This document shows, in pieces, positions 42,337 through 53,787 of a DNA stretch of 64,000 nt; positions within the stretch are counted from its first letter, which is position 1, and every line of letters begins with the position of its first letter. Made by a program: the position numbers and the translations under genes. The notes under the pieces were generated by a model. It searched no databases. It saw only the letters and a list, made by a program, of their open reading frames with translations, and was not told the DNA's origin. The stretch is taken from NCBI GenBank assembly GCA_963794325.1, contig CAWCDG010000003.1:256001-320000 (forward strand), read 5' to 3'. Origin of the DNA: an uncultured delta proteobacterium (GTDB lineage Bacteria > Desulfobacterota > Binatia > Binatales > Binataceae).

Positions 42337-42834
42337 TTACTTTTTCTTTGCGCCCTCGCTCGCTTTGAAGCGCGCGCTGGCGAGGGTGAAGATTTGCGGG
42401 TTGCCGGTTTGCCAGCTGAGCGTCAGCTTGCATGCGCGGATTTTCCATCCGGCGGGCGTGCGGGCGAATCGATTGGTGTAGTAGCCGAACATCGTTTGCA
42501 TGCTGTCGCCGGTGTCGTTGGGCAAGAAGTGGCGCGCCTGCACGTATGCGATGCAGGTCGCGTTGTCGCCGGCGACCGTGATCACATGATTCGTAATCAT
42601 GTGCTGCGTCGCCGCAAGGCCGCTGAGTGAGCGGCGCGCCGCTTCGGTCCATCGATCGGCGCTGACCTTGCGCGGCGCGCCGCCGAAGACCGATGTGAAG
42701 TCGGTTTCGATTTCGTCAGTGAAGCATGAGCTGAACAGCGGCCAATCGCGCGAATCGAGTCCGGTCGCGTAGCGCAGTTGCACGTCGCTGATTTCGGCGC
42801 GGTCGATCAACAATTGAAGCTTGGCGTTTTCCAT
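42337..42834 (-). CDS. NTF2/SnoaL-like domain protein
   Basis: RYATGLDSRDW, TQHMITN and GWKI motifs. Confidence 0.88.
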   Translation of the reverse strand: MENAKLQLLIDRAEISDVQLRYATGLDSRDWPLFSSCFTDEIETDFTSVFGGAPRKVSADRWTEAARRSLSGLAATQHMITNHVITVAGDNATCIAYVQARHFLPNDTGDSMQTMFGYYTNRFARTPAGWKIRACKLTLSWQTGNPQIFTLASARFKASEGAKKK

Positions 42835-42960
42835 GATGGTTGTCTCCCTCGGAACAATCGATACGGATAGCGTGGAACTTCAATCCCTGCCTCTACCAAC
42901 AAACGGCGGGCAGTGCGAGAATTTTTTGAAGCGCCGCAATTCGAGGCTTAGGTCTTCTTC

Positions 42961-45333
42961 ATGGCGGAACTACTTTCCGATCAGCAGCTTTCTCTAATCG
43001 ACGCGTACTGGCGCGCGTCCAACTACCTGACCGTCGGCCAGATTTACCTGATGGCGAATCCGCTGCTGCGCGAGCCGCTGGGGCCGGAGCACATCAAGCC
43101 GCGACTGCTGGGGCATTGGGGGACTTCGCCGGGGCAGAATTTTATCTACGTGCATCTCAACCGGCTGATTTGCGAGCACGACGCTGACGTCATCTATATT
43201 TCGGGGCCGGGCCACGGCGGTCCGTCGGTCATGTCGCACACTTATCTCGAGGGCACGTACTCCGAGATTTATCCGCGAATCTCAGAGGACAGCGAGGGGA
43301 TGCGCCTGCTGTTTCGCCAGTTCTCGACCCCGGGCGGGGTGCCGAGTCATGCGGGTCCGCATGTTCCGGGTTCGATCAATGAAGGCGGCGAGCTTGGTTA
43401 TTCATTGGTGCATGCGTTCGGCGCGGCGTTCGACAATCCCGACCTGATCGTCGCGTGCGTGATCGGCGACGGCGAGGCGGAGACCGCGCCGCTCGAAGGC
43501 GGATGGAAAGGCGTAAAGTTTCTCAACCCGGCCCGCGACGGCGCGGTCCTGCCGATCCTCCATCTCAACGGCTACAAGATTTCCGGGCCCACCGTGTTCG
43601 GCCGCGACGACGACCAAGACATCCGCGCGTTGCTCGAAGGCCACGGCTACGAGGCCCACTTTGTCGCGGGCGACGATCCCACGCGGATGCATCGCGAGTT
43701 CGCCGCGACGCTCGACAAATGCTACGCGACGATTCGCGCGATCCAGACCGAGGCGCGCGCTAATGGGATTCCGAAGCGGCCGACTTGGCCCGCGATCGTT
43801 CTGCGAACGCCCAAAGGGTGGACGGGGCCGAAAGTCGTCGATGGCGTGCAGATCGAAGGGACGTTCCGCGCGCATCAGGTGCCGCTCGAAAAAGTGAAAG
43901 AGAACCCCGATCATTTGAAATTGCTCGAAGCGTGGATGCGCAGTTACCGGCCCGACGAATTGTTCGATCAGCGCGGCGCGTTGAAGCCGGAGATCAAAGC
44001 GATGGCGCCGAAGGGAACTCGCCGGATGGGCGCGAATCCACACGCCAACGGCGGACTGCTGACCGTCGCGCTCGATATTCCGTCGTTCACCGAATATGCG
44101 GTGAAGCTCGAACAGCCGGGTAGCGTCAAAGTCGAATCGACGCGTCCCTTCGGCAAGATGATCCGCGATATCTTCACGCGCAATTCGAAGCAGCAGAACT
44201 TTCGCCTGTTCTGTCCCGACGAGACCAACTCCAATCGGCTGGGCGACGTGTTCGAGGTCGAGAATCGATGCCTGGTGAGCCGCATCGAGAGTTACGACGA
44301 TCACGTTTCGCCCGACGGCCGCGTGATGGAAGTGCTGAGCGAGCATTGCCACCAGGGATGGCTCGAAGGTTACACGCTGACCGGTCGCCATGGGGTTTTC
44401 GCGTCGTACGAGGCGTTCGCGATGATCGTCGACTCGATGGCGGCGCAGCATTCGAAGTGGATCGAGACGTGCAGGGCGGAGCTACCGTGGCGCCGTCCGA
44501 TTCCGTCGCTGAACTACCTGCTCACTTCGACCTGCTGGCGCAACGATCACAACGGCTTCAGCCATCAGGGCCCCGGCTTCATCGACACTCTGCTGACCAA
44601 GCGCGGAATCGTGTCGCGAATCTACCTGCCGCCCGACGCGAACTGCCTGCTGTCGGTCGCTGACCATTGTCTGCGCAGCCGCGATTACATCAATTTGATC
44701 GTGATCGACAAGCAGATGCATCCGGTGTGGCTCGACATCGACGCGGCCCGCGAGCATTGTTCGCGCGGCGCGTCAGTCTGGCGTTGGGCTGGCAACGACA
44801 ACGAAAACGGCAAGGAGCCCGATCTTGTGATCGCGTGCGCCGGCGACGTGATGACCGAAGAGGCGATCGCGGCGGCATGGCTGTTCCGCAAGTATCTGCC
44901 CGAGATGAAGATCCGGGTCGTGAACGTCGTCGATCTGATGACGCTGTTTCCGCCCGATCGTCATCCGCACGGCATGAGCGAGGATTATTTTGCCGAGCTC
45001 TTCACGCGCGACAAGGACGTCATCTTCGCCTTTCACGGTTACCCCGGCGAGGTTCATCAGATCCTGCATGGCCGCCCCAATCCGGATCGCTTTCACGTGC
45101 GCGGCTACGTCGAGGAGGGGACTACGACGACGCCCTTCGACATGCTGGTTCTGAACAGGGCGAGCCGATATCACCTGTGCATCGAGGGATTGCGTCGCGC
45201 GCCGCGTTACCAGGAGCGCGCGCGCGAGCTGATCAAGATGACCGAAGACGCGCTCGACGCACATCGCAAGTACGTGGTCGAGCATCTCGAAGACATGCCC
45301 GCCATTCGCAACTGGAAATGGACGCCCGACTAA
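42961..45333 (+). CDS. xfp: Xylulose-5-P/fructose-6-P phosphoketolase
   Basis: LGHWGT, GPGHG, EGGELGY, GDGEAET, NGYKI and DHNGFSHQ motifs. Confidence 0.97.
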   Translation: MAELLSDQQLSLIDAYWRASNYLTVGQIYLMANPLLREPLGPEHIKPRLLGHWGTSPGQNFIYVHLNRLICEHDADVIYISGPGHGGPSVMSHTYLEGTYSEIYPRISEDSEGMRLLFRQFSTPGGVPSHAGPHVPGSINEGGELGYSLVHAFGAAFDNPDLIVACVIGDGEAETAPLEGGWKGVKFLNPARDGAVLPILHLNGYKISGPTVFGRDDDQDIRALLEGHGYEAHFVAGDDPTRMHREFAATLDKCYATIRAIQTEARANGIPKRPTWPAIVLRTPKGWTGPKVVDGVQIEGTFRAHQVPLEKVKENPDHLKLLEAWMRSYRPDELFDQRGALKPEIKAMAPKGTRRMGANPHANGGLLTVALDIPSFTEYAVKLEQPGSVKVESTRPFGKMIRDIFTRNSKQQNFRLFCPDETNSNRLGDVFEVENRCLVSRIESYDDHVSPDGRVMEVLSEHCHQGWLEGYTLTGRHGVFASYEAFAMIVDSMAAQHSKWIETCRAELPWRRPIPSLNYLLTSTCWRNDHNGFSHQGPGFIDTLLTKRGIVSRIYLPPDANCLLSVADHCLRSRDYINLIVIDKQMHPVWLDIDAAREHCSRGASVWRWAGNDNENGKEPDLVIACAGDVMTEEAIAAAWLFRKYLPEMKIRVVNVVDLMTLFPPDRHPHGMSEDYFAELFTRDKDVIFAFHGYPGEVHQILHGRPNPDRFHVRGYVEEGTTTTPFDMLVLNRASRYHLCIEGLRRAPRYQERARELIKMTEDALDAHRKYVVEHLEDMPAIRNWKWTPD

Positions 45334-45337
45334 TTCT

Positions 45338-46999
45338 ATGAAAGTAAACCCACTCGCAGGAAAACCTGTCGATCAATCGCAGCTGGTCGACGTGCCGCGA
45401 CTGATCACCGCGTACTACAGTCTCGTGCCCGACCCCGCCAATCCCGCCGAGCGCGTCTCGTTCGGCACGTCGGGGCATCGCGGGTCTGCGTTCGACACCG
45501 CGTTCAACGAGGCGCACATCGTCGCGATCAGCCAGGCGATTTGTCTCTATCGCAAGAGTCAGAACATCAGCGGGCCGCTCTACCTAGGGATGGACACGCA
45601 CGCGCTGTCGGTGCCGGCGTTCGCCATTGCGCTCGAAGTGCTGGCCGCCAACGAGGTCGAGACGATGGTCGATGCCGCGGGCGGCTACACGCCAACGCCG
45701 GCGATCTCGCACGCGATCCTGACCTACAATCGCGGCCGTAAGAACGGGCTCGCCGACGGGATTGTGATCACGCCGTCGCACAATCCGCCCGCTGACGGCG
45801 GCTTCAAGTACAATCCGCCCAACGGCGGCCCGGCCGATACCGCAGTCACCGACTGGATTCAGAATACGGCCAACGATTTTCTCAAGAACAAGCTCGCCGG
45901 AGTGAAGCGCGTTCCGTATGAGAGCGCGCTCAAGTCCGCGACGCTTCACAAGCACGATTACATCGCAGCCTACGTCGGCGATTTGAGCAACGTCATCGAC
46001 ATGGAATCGATTCGCAGCGCCGGCGTGCAGGTCGGAATCGATCCACTCGGCGGCGCGGCGGTGCATTACTGGCCGGCGGTGATCGAGAAGTACAAGATCA
46101 AGGCGACGGTGATCAGCGACGTCGTCGACCCGACGTTTCGTTTCATGACCGCCGACTGGGACGGCAAGATCCGGATGGACTGCTCGTCGCCGTATGCGAT
46201 GGTGCGTTTGCTCGCGATGCGCGATCGTTTCGACGTTGCGTTTGCCAACGACACCGACGCCGACCGCCACGGAATAGTCACTCGATCCGCAGGGCTGATG
46301 AATCCGAATCACTACCTGGCGGTCGCGATCTCGTACCTGTTTCGCAATCGCCCGCGATGGCGCAAGGACGCCGCCGTCGGCAAGACGGTGGTCAGCAGCA
46401 GTATGATCGATCGTGTCGCGGCGAGTCTCGAGCGCAAGCTGATTGAGACTCCGGTCGGCTTCAAGTGGTTCGTGGACGGGCTGCTCGATGGATCGGTCGG
46501 CTTCTGCGGCGAGGAAAGCGCGGGCGCGTCCTGTCTGCGCACCGACGGAACCGTGTGGACGACCGACAAGGACGGTCTCATTTTCGGCCTGCTGGCCGCG
46601 GAGATGACGGCGCGCGAAGGGCGCGATCCGGGTGCGATGTACACAGACCTCACGAAGAAGTTCGGTGCGCCAGCCTATGAGCGCATCGACGCACCCGCGA
46701 CGCTCGCGCAAAAGGAGATTCTGAAGAAACTCACGCCGGAGAAACTCGACGCGCACGAACTGGCGGGCGAGAAGATTCTCAAAACGCTGACGGTCGCGCC
46801 CGGCAATGGCGCGGCAATCGGTGGAATCAAGGTGATCGCGAAAAGCGGATGGTTCGCGGCGCGTCCGTCGGGCACCGAAGAGGTTTACAAGATCTACGCG
46901 GAGAGTTTTCGTGGCACCGATCAGCTCCATCAGATCCAGGCCGAGGCGCAGGAACTGATCGCGCGAGTCTTCAAGCAGGCCGAATCGAAGAGCGGCTGA
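45338..46999 (+). CDS. pgm: Phosphoglucomutase (alpha-D-glucose-1,6-bisphosphate-dependent)
   Basis: FGTSGHRG, TPSHNP, DTDADR, GEESAG and RPSGTE motifs. Confidence 0.97.
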   Translation: MKVNPLAGKPVDQSQLVDVPRLITAYYSLVPDPANPAERVSFGTSGHRGSAFDTAFNEAHIVAISQAICLYRKSQNISGPLYLGMDTHALSVPAFAIALEVLAANEVETMVDAAGGYTPTPAISHAILTYNRGRKNGLADGIVITPSHNPPADGGFKYNPPNGGPADTAVTDWIQNTANDFLKNKLAGVKRVPYESALKSATLHKHDYIAAYVGDLSNVIDMESIRSAGVQVGIDPLGGAAVHYWPAVIEKYKIKATVISDVVDPTFRFMTADWDGKIRMDCSSPYAMVRLLAMRDRFDVAFANDTDADRHGIVTRSAGLMNPNHYLAVAISYLFRNRPRWRKDAAVGKTVVSSSMIDRVAASLERKLIETPVGFKWFVDGLLDGSVGFCGEESAGASCLRTDGTVWTTDKDGLIFGLLAAEMTAREGRDPGAMYTDLTKKFGAPAYERIDAPATLAQKEILKKLTPEKLDAHELAGEKILKTLTVAPGNGAAIGGIKVIAKSGWFAARPSGTEEVYKIYAESFRGTDQLHQIQAEAQELIARVFKQAESKSG

Positions 47000-47012
47000 A
47001 GGAAAAGGCTGG

Positions 47013-47349
47013 TTGCCGGCGCGTAACGTTATACTCTGCATCAACGTCGGCTCGTCGTCGTGCAAGTTCGCGCTGCACCAGATCAGAAAATCAGTCGGCG
47101 CGTTGCCGGCGCGCTCGGCGGGTCGGATATGCGGTCGTCACCGGCGGGATCGGTGAACATGCCGCGGCAATCGGTGGCGAAGTCTGCGCAGGGCGGGAAA
47201 ATCTCGGTATCGCGATCGGTCCGCCACGCAACATATTCGAGCGCAGACACCGATCAGTTCGAGCCGCCAGCAAATGCCGGGTGCGCGCAATTCCGACCAA
47301 CGAAAATCTCATGGTCGCTCGACATACGGCTGCACTGGTATTTGAATAG
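47013..47349 (+). pseudogene. ackA: Acetate kinase remnant with large internal deletion and frameshifts
   Basis: N-terminal ILCINVGSSSCKFAL (from 47031) abuts C-terminal QIRKSVGAL..GALGG.D..TGGIGEHA...IPTNENLMVARHT; total about 340 bp. Confidence 0.85.
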
Positions 47350-47360
47350 AGGCAACCGCG

Positions 47361-47927
47361 ATGAAGCTTTATTTCGCACCGCAGACCAGGGCAATCCGGC
47401 CGCTGATCATGCTCGAAGAACTGGAAGTGCCGTACGAAACGGTCCTGATCGATTTCAAAGCCGGCGAGCATGAGAGCGACGAGTATCGAAAGATTCATCC
47501 GCACGGACAATTGCCCGCGCTGAAAGATGGCACGCTCACGATGTTCGAGTCGGCGGCGATCTGTGCGTATCTCGCGGACAAGTTCCCGGACAAGCGGATG
47601 GCGCCGGCGCTCGGCACCGTCGAGCGCGGGATGTACTACCAGTGGATGTTCTACTCGATGTCGGCGCTCGAAGGATTCGCACTCGACCGCGAGCGAATGA
47701 AGGAATGTTTTCTGGTGCTCGATCGCGTCCTGAGCGGACGGAAATACCTCGTCGGCGACAAGATGACGGCGGCTGACGTGATGATCGGATCGGGAGTCGT
47801 ATGGCTCGACGCACGGCATCATCTGTTGGATGACTTCCCGTCGCTGGACGCCTATGCGCAGCGCCTGATCGCGCGGCCGTCATTCCAGCGCGCGTTCGCG
47901 CCGCCCAGCCAGGCCGTGCAACGATAA
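47361..47927 (+). CDS. Glutathione S-transferase family protein
   Basis: HPHGQLPAL, FESAAICAYLA and MTAADV motifs. Confidence 0.92.
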   Translation: MKLYFAPQTRAIRPLIMLEELEVPYETVLIDFKAGEHESDEYRKIHPHGQLPALKDGTLTMFESAAICAYLADKFPDKRMAPALGTVERGMYYQWMFYSMSALEGFALDRERMKECFLVLDRVLSGRKYLVGDKMTAADVMIGSGVVWLDARHHLLDDFPSLDAYAQRLIARPSFQRAFAPPSQAVQR

Positions 47928-47937
47928 AATTCTCTGG

Positions 47938-48639
47938 ATGTGCGGACGATTCACAATCACCCGCCGCGACGGCAACTCGCTGGCTGCGGAACTTGGCGTG
48001 CCGGCGGATTCGTTCGTCGACTATCGGCCTCGCTACAACGTCGCGCCGACACAGAGTCATTTCATTGTCAGGATCAAGTACGAAAATCGGGAAGTGATTC
48101 CCGCAACCTGGGGACTCATCAAGAGTGGCTCGAGGGACGCCAGCATGGCGGCGAAAACGATCAACGCGAGATCGGAGACCGTCGATACGCGAGGCGCATT
48201 CCGAGACGCGTTCCAGAAGCGTCGATGCGTCGTGCCGGCCGACGGCTTCTTCGAATGGACCGGGCCGAAGACCGCGCGACAGCCGACGTGGTTCCATCGC
48301 GAGGACAGCCGGCTGCTGCTGTTCGCCGGCCTCTACGAAGCATGGCAGAAAGAGCAGGGCGTCTGGCAGACGACCTTCACGATTCTGACCACGTCAGCCA
48401 ACGCGCTGCTCGAGTCCTATCACGACCGGATGCCGGTGATCCTGGCCGACCGAGACGCCGACGACTGGATGGACCCGCGCGCGCCCGATCCTCACGCGCT
48501 CAAGCGCCTCCTGGTTCCTGCGCCCGCGGAGCTGCTGACCGCAACTCCAGTCTCGCCCGAGGTCAACAACGTAGACAACGATTCCCCCGACCTCCTGCAG
48601 CCAGCCGGGCAGATGAGTCTTTCGCTGCGAAGCGGTTAG
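47938..48639 (+). CDS. SOS response-associated peptidase (SRAP/HMCES-like)
   Basis: N-terminal MCGRF, NARSET, GFFEW and HDRMPVIL motifs. Confidence 0.95.
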   Translation: MCGRFTITRRDGNSLAAELGVPADSFVDYRPRYNVAPTQSHFIVRIKYENREVIPATWGLIKSGSRDASMAAKTINARSETVDTRGAFRDAFQKRRCVVPADGFFEWTGPKTARQPTWFHREDSRLLLFAGLYEAWQKEQGVWQTTFTILTTSANALLESYHDRMPVILADRDADDWMDPRAPDPHALKRLLVPAPAELLTATPVSPEVNNVDNDSPDLLQPAGQMSLSLRSG

Positions 48640-48884
48640 ATCAACGCGGCAACCACTTTTTGGCGATCGCTCTCACCAAGCGCCAATAGGACGGCGCTGG
48701 TCGCTGCTTTGGTGACGGACCGATCTTCGGCAACGTTCGTGCTCTCTCAGCAGTCTTTGTCTTCTGACTGCCTCGCTTAGCCTTCCTTCGACTACTCCGA
48801 CGCACGCTCAAAAATCACCGACCGGGCACAAACCTTGCGCATGGTGGGTCGGATGCGTTCGCGCTCGGCAAGTCGAAAGGCACG

Positions 48885-51800
48885 ATGGTTCTCAAATACA
48901 TAGTCACTCGAGTTTCAATCACGGCGCTGGCGATTCTCCTGTGCGTGGCGGGATCGTCGGCGGCGGATGCATCAAACAAGCCTCGACCCGTGGTGCTATC
49001 CACGAATCCAGCTGGCGGCGCCGTCGATGTGGACGTGCAGACCAGTATCACCGTGAACTTCAGCCTGCCGATGAAGTGCGAATCGATAAACAAACATTCC
49101 TTTCGGCTCAAGCCGGTCAGATCCCGGGATATCGCAGCGAGCAGCATCACCTGCAGCGGTAGCATCGCGAGCTTTACCCCGACGAGAAATTTGGAGTTCA
49201 GCACTGGCTACAAAATATATTTCGTCGGAAGGGTCAGAGCTGCCAACGGAGAAAAGCTGAAGGATCGATTCAGTTCGTTTTTCACCACTGGTCCGAACTC
49301 CAGGCCTCCGCCCACCGCAACTGCCACATCTACCCCTACTGCGACTGCCACCGACACTCAGACTGCCACCGCCACCGCAACTCCGACGGCCACTGCCACG
49401 GCGACCGCAACTGATACGCCTACGGTTACTGCGACCCCAACTCTAACCGCCACCGACACTCAGACCGCGACATCCACCGCGACTCCGACCGATACGGCGA
49501 CATCGACTCCAACGGCGAGCGCAACTGATACTCAGACGGCCACTGCAACTGCGACCGACACAGCGACGCCGACCGCAACTTCGACAGCCACTGATACGGC
49601 TACAGCAACCCCAACTGCGACTGCCACGACGACTGCAACTCCGACCGACACGGCTACAGCTACGGCGACCCCAACGACGACCGCCACCGACACCCAGACC
49701 GCGACATCCACCGCAACTTCGACAGCGACCGATACAGCGACCGCGACGGATACGCCGACATCGACTCCAACGGCGAGCGCAACTGATACTCAGACGGCCA
49801 CTGCAACTGCGACCGACACGGCGACCGCGACCGCAACTTCGACAGCGACCGATACGGCGACCGCGACTGATACGGCTACGGCGACCTCAACGGCAACCGC
49901 CACAGAAACTCAGACTGCCACGGCCACCGACACGCCGACGCCGACCGCAACTTCGACTGCGACCGATACGGCGACCGCGACCGATACTCAGACTGCGACA
50001 GCGACCGCAACTCCGACCGACACCGCGACCGCGACGGATACGGCGACCTCAACGGCAACCGCCACCGACACTCAGACTGCCACGGCCACCGACACGCCGA
50101 CGCCGACTGCAACTTCGACGGCGACTGATACGGCGACCGCGACCGATACGGCTACAGCGACGGCGACTCTGACGGCGACTGCCACAAACACTCAGACCTC
50201 TACCGCGACCGCAACTCCGACCGACACGGCAACGCCGACCGCAACTTCGACAGCCACCGATACGGCGACCGCGACCGATACGGCTACAGCTACGGCGACT
50301 GGGACGGCGACTGCGACCGACACTCAGACTGCAACAGACACCGCAACTTCGACCGACACGGCGACGCCGACTGCAACTCCGACCGACACTGCGACGGCGA
50401 CTGACACGGCTACAGATACGGCGACTGCCACCGACACTCAGACGGCAACGGCGACTGCAACTTCGACAGCCACCGATACGGCGACCGATACTCAGACTGC
50501 GACAGCCACCGCGACTCCGACCGACACCGCGACCGCCACGGATACGGCTACTGATACGGCGACTGCCACCGACACTCAGACGGCAACGGCGACTGCAACT
50601 TCGACAGCCACCGATACGGCGACCGATACTCAGACTGCGACAGCCACCGCAACTCCGACCGACACCGCGACCGCCACGGATACGGCTACTGATACGGCGA
50701 CTGCCACCGACACTGCGACGGATACCGCCACCGCGACTCCGACCGACACGGCCACCGATACTGCCACCGACACGCCGACAGCCACTGCGACCGCCACCGA
50801 TACTTCGACCTCGACAACCTCCGCGACCCCAACTGCCACCGCTACCGCGGTTCCGCCTGTAGTGATTTCGACCAGCCCTGCGGCTATAGGATGCGGCGGA
50901 CAGGGGATGGGGACCAATCAGGAAATTACGGCAACCTTCAACGAGCCGATGGACTCTGCGTCGATCCTCGCCTCAGGAACTTTCATCGTGACCGGCCCTG
51001 GTGCGACGCCGGTATCGGGGGTCGTCACCTACGATACGACCAACAACATCGCAGTCTTTGCACCAACCGGAGGTAACTTCGCAACCGGCACGACCTTCAC
51101 CGCGACGCTCACAACTGCGGCCCAAAGCTCGGGGCTTTTGCCCTTGGCGAGCAACTACGTTTGGACCTTTACGACCGGTGCGAGCACCAACACCACGGCG
51201 CCGCTGGTGAGCTCCACAAATCCCGTCGCTACCTCATCTGGCGCGGGCACTAACCAGAAACTCACCGCTACGTTCAGCGAAGCGATGGACGCCACAACCC
51301 TCACGCCAACGACATTTTCGTTGGTCGGACCCGGCGATGCGTTGATTCCGGGTACGGTGACCTACTCCACGACTGGCGCGACCGCAACCTTCACGCCGAG
51401 CAGCGCCCTCCTCGCCGGCGGTACATACATTGCCGTTATCTCGACTGCGGTAACCGATCTGGCTGGCAATGCACTTGCGAGCGACTTTATTTGGGGTTTC
51501 ACCACGGGGGCTATCACCGACACTGTTGCCCCGACAGTTAGTTCTACCAACCCGGTCGACGCGGCCCCTGGTGTAGGTATCGACGCTTCAATCAACGCAT
51601 CCTTTGACAAGGCGATGGACCCCGCGACGCTCAATCCGGTGACGTTCACCGTTACCGGACCGGGATCAACGGCGGTAGCCGGACAGGTCACCTACGACGT
51701 CCCCGACATGATCGTGACCTTTACCCCGGCCAGCCCGCTCGCCGCCAGCTCCACATTCACCGCGGCGCTGACCGGAGCCCTGGATCTCGCCGGCAATCCG

Positions 51801-52490
51801 CTGCCAACCTTCGCGTGGACCTTCAATACCGGCGCGACAGCCACCGGTCTGTCGCCGATAGACTTGGGCGCAGCCACTAACTTCGCCGCCTTCGCGCAAG
51901 CGACGATCACCAATTCCGGTACAACAACAGTCAACGGCGATCTTGGTTTGACACCGGGCCTCTCGGTGACAGGATTCTTGCCCGGACAAGTGAATGGGAC
52001 AATTCAGCTTGACAATTCTGCCGCGGCCGCGGCCTTGGCCTCCTTGACGGCCGCGTACAACAACGTGCAAGGACTGTCGGGGGCAACGATCATAGCGGAA
52101 AATCTGGCGGGGCTAACTCTTCCTCCGGGGCTCTATGCATCCTCTCTGAACTCGTTCGAGATAAGCTCGGCCAACCTGACTCTGGACGCCCAAGGCGATC
52201 CGAATGCGGTCTGGGTCTTCCAGATGCCCGGCTCAACTCTCACGCTGACCGCTCCTGGCTGCAATGTGATTCTGAAAAACGGCGCAGAGCCTTCCAACAT
52301 CTTCTGGCAGGTTGGCACTTCTGCGACTATCGCCGGCGGCTGCGTCCTGCAAGGCAGCATGTTAGTCGATACCTCGATTTCGCTGGCGTTGGGCGCTACG
52401 GTCAACGGACGCGCGATGGCAGGTGCGATTACTGGTACCGGCGCCGTCACCATGATCTCCAACAATGTCACTCGTCCTGCCTGCAACTGA
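48885..52490 (+). CDS. Secreted protein with Ig-like domains, Thr-X repeat and C-terminal DUF3494 ice-binding-type domain
   Basis: Signal peptide; four Big_5-like domains (P.V.ST.P...ATFxE.MD...DLAGN.L...W.FTT); about 510-aa T-X tract; [32 protein letters not shown] and [12 protein letters not shown] typical of DUF3494. Confidence 0.9.
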   Translation: MVLKYIVTRVSITALAILLCVAGSSAADASNKPRPVVLSTNPAGGAVDVDVQTSITVNFSLPMKCESINKHSFRLKPVRSRDIAASSITCSGSIASFTPTRNLEFSTGYKIYFVGRVRAANGEKLKDRFSSFFTTGPNSRPPPTATATSTPTATATDTQTATATATPTATATATATDTPTVTATPTLTATDTQTATSTATPTDTATSTPTASATDTQTATATATDTATPTATSTATDTATATPTATATTTATPTDTATATATPTTTATDTQTATSTATSTATDTATATDTPTSTPTASATDTQTATATATDTATATATSTATDTATATDTATATSTATATETQTATATDTPTPTATSTATDTATATDTQTATATATPTDTATATDTATSTATATDTQTATATDTPTPTATSTATDTATATDTATATATLTATATNTQTSTATATPTDTATPTATSTATDTATATDTATATATGTATATDTQTATDTATSTDTATPTATPTDTATATDTATDTATATDTQTATATATSTATDTATDTQTATATATPTDTATATDTATDTATATDTQTATATATSTATDTATDTQTATATATPTDTATATDTATDTATATDTATDTATATPTDTATDTATDTPTATATATDTSTSTTSATPTATATAVPPVVISTSPAAIGCGGQGMGTNQEITATFNEPMDSASILASGTFIVTGPGATPVSGVVTYDTTNNIAVFAPTGGNFATGTTFTATLTTAAQSSGLLPLASNYVWTFTTGASTNTTAPLVSSTNPVATSSGAGTNQKLTATFSEAMDATTLTPTTFSLVGPGDALIPGTVTYSTTGATATFTPSSALLAGGTYIAVISTAVTDLAGNALASDFIWGFTTGAITDTVAPTVSSTNPVDAAPGVGIDASINASFDKAMDPATLNPVTFTVTGPGSTAVAGQVTYDVPDMIVTFTPASPLAASSTFTAALTGALDLAGNPLPTFAWTFNTGATATGLSPIDLGAATNFAAFAQATITNSGTTTVNGDLGLTPGLSVTGFLPGQVNGTIQLDNSAAAAALASLTAAYNNVQGLSGATIIAENLAGLTLPPGLYASSLNSFEISSANLTLDAQGDPNAVWVFQMPGSTLTLTAPGCNVILKNGAEPSNIFWQVGTSATIAGGCVLQGSMLVDTSISLALGATVNGRAMAGAITGTGAVTMISNNVTRPACN
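49314..50846 (+). repeat. Coding low-complexity (Thr-X)n tract containing a 138-bp tandem duplication
   Basis: Thr at nearly every second codon; near-identical units start at 50415 and 50553, with a partial third at 50691. Confidence 0.9.
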
Positions 52491-52567
52491 GTGACGTTGG
52501 CACAAGTCGCTGGTTTGCTATCGATAGGCAGGAAGCGAATGAGTATCGACGAGTCTAACAGCGCAAA

Positions 52568-53281
52568 TTACTTCTGGCTGTGCGCGGTGCCGAAGTAGTC
52601 GCCGCCTTTCGGGTGATGATCTTCTCCGCCCCACTTGATGTCGTGATCCATCCGCTGCATCGGCGGGATGTGTTTCGAGCATTGTACGTAGGCCTCTTCT
52701 ACTGAGACCATTACCCATCGTTCCAGGTGGCCGCCGTCGCTTTCTATGATATCCTTCAGAACTGCGTCTCCCAGCACTGCTTGCTCCGCTGGATGGTCCT
52801 TCAGGAATTCCAGGAAGTCGTCGTTCTCAACTATCTTTGCGCCACCATTTATGTGGAGGCCTATCTGCTCCCCGAAGTCTATGAACAACAAGCCTGCATG
52901 CGGATTTTCCGAAATGTTACCGAGACTCGCCATCACGCCGTTGCCGCGATATTCGGGATAGGCGACGGTGCGCTCGTCGAGGACTTTCACAAAACCCGCA
53001 TGACCGCATCGAAAGGACGAGTCTGCATTTCCTTGTCCGTCCGCCGTGCCGACGAACATCATTTCCTGCCGGACGATAAACGCCTGCATCGCTGAATTGA
53101 GATGGTTCAGGACCTGGTGCTTGTAGAACGCCATCGCATGAGTGGTCCTTCCGTATTTCTCCTGCAAGCGATGCTCCCCGTCACAACCCGGCATCGAAGA
53201 CTGATCGGCTTCCACCTGTACGATGACTTCCACTCGTTCTTCGACCAGAACCACCACCTTGTCGTCGCCATCCGATCCCAT
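52568..53281 (-). CDS. Pyridoxamine 5'-phosphate oxidase-like FMN-binding protein
   Basis: GEHRLQ, YPEYRGNG, SLGNISENP and EEAYVQCSKHIP motifs. Confidence 0.88.
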   Translation of the reverse strand: MGSDGDDKVVVLVEERVEVIVQVEADQSSMPGCDGEHRLQEKYGRTTHAMAFYKHQVLNHLNSAMQAFIVRQEMMFVGTADGQGNADSSFRCGHAGFVKVLDERTVAYPEYRGNGVMASLGNISENPHAGLLFIDFGEQIGLHINGGAKIVENDDFLEFLKDHPAEQAVLGDAVLKDIIESDGGHLERWVMVSVEEAYVQCSKHIPPMQRMDHDIKWGGEDHHPKGGDYFGTAHSQK

Positions 53282-53407
53282 TTGTAACCCTCCCTGGTTC
53301 GCGCGGGTTGAAGAATACAGTACAAGAGTGCGGAGTAGCCAACCTGCGGCATCGCCCGCGATGCTCAATTGATGCACTTTCCCGCGCGTGATATTTGAAT
53401 GGGTTCG

Positions 53408-53483
53408 GGCGGCGTACCCAAGTGGTTAAGGGAGAGGTCTGCAAAACCTCCATGCATCGGTTCGAATCCGATCGCCGCCTCCA
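53408..53483 (+). tRNA. tRNA-Cys(GCA)
   Basis: GGCGGCG/CGCCGCC acceptor stem, GAGGT-CTGCAAA-ACCTC anticodon arm, U73, CCA. Confidence 0.97.
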
Positions 53484-53524
53484 TCAAATCTCCAATAGTG
53501 AAAAGAAGCGCAGATTCCGGCCAA

Positions 53525-53601
53525 GTGGCACAGGCTTTAGCCTGTGGTCCTCAGCTCTGGATTGCATGGGCCAGAAAATCACAGGCTAAAGCCTGTGCCA
53601 C
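53525..53601. repeat. REPIN-like doublet, copy 2 (inverted relative to copy 1)
   Basis: GTGGCACAGGCTTTAGCCTGTG...CACAGGCTAAAGCCTGTGCCAC. Confidence 0.85.
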
Positions 53602-53787
53602 CAATCGCGGATCGCAGCCTTGACGCGCCAGTCACAACGAAGTAGTTGGTTAAGTTCTTCGGCCAGCTCTTCTTGATTCTCTCGGAACCAGCGATTCGCC
53701 GAAAAGGGTGGACGCGGTTGCGAGGCATTTCCTTCGCCGCCGCTTCATCGCATTCGTCAACAGTTACTAAACGGCAGGAGGCTCATT

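Noticed and set aside
47938-48639. SRAP gene as a prophage marker
   Set aside because: No phage structural, integrase or error-prone polymerase genes nearby.
48640-48884. Riboswitch upstream of the ice-binding gene
   Set aside because: Some hairpins are present, but I recognise no aptamer consensus; an Rfam scan is needed.
49314-50846. Possible CRISPR array or non-coding satellite
   Set aside because: No constant repeat with unique spacers; the tract is in frame and synonymously varied inside a CDS.
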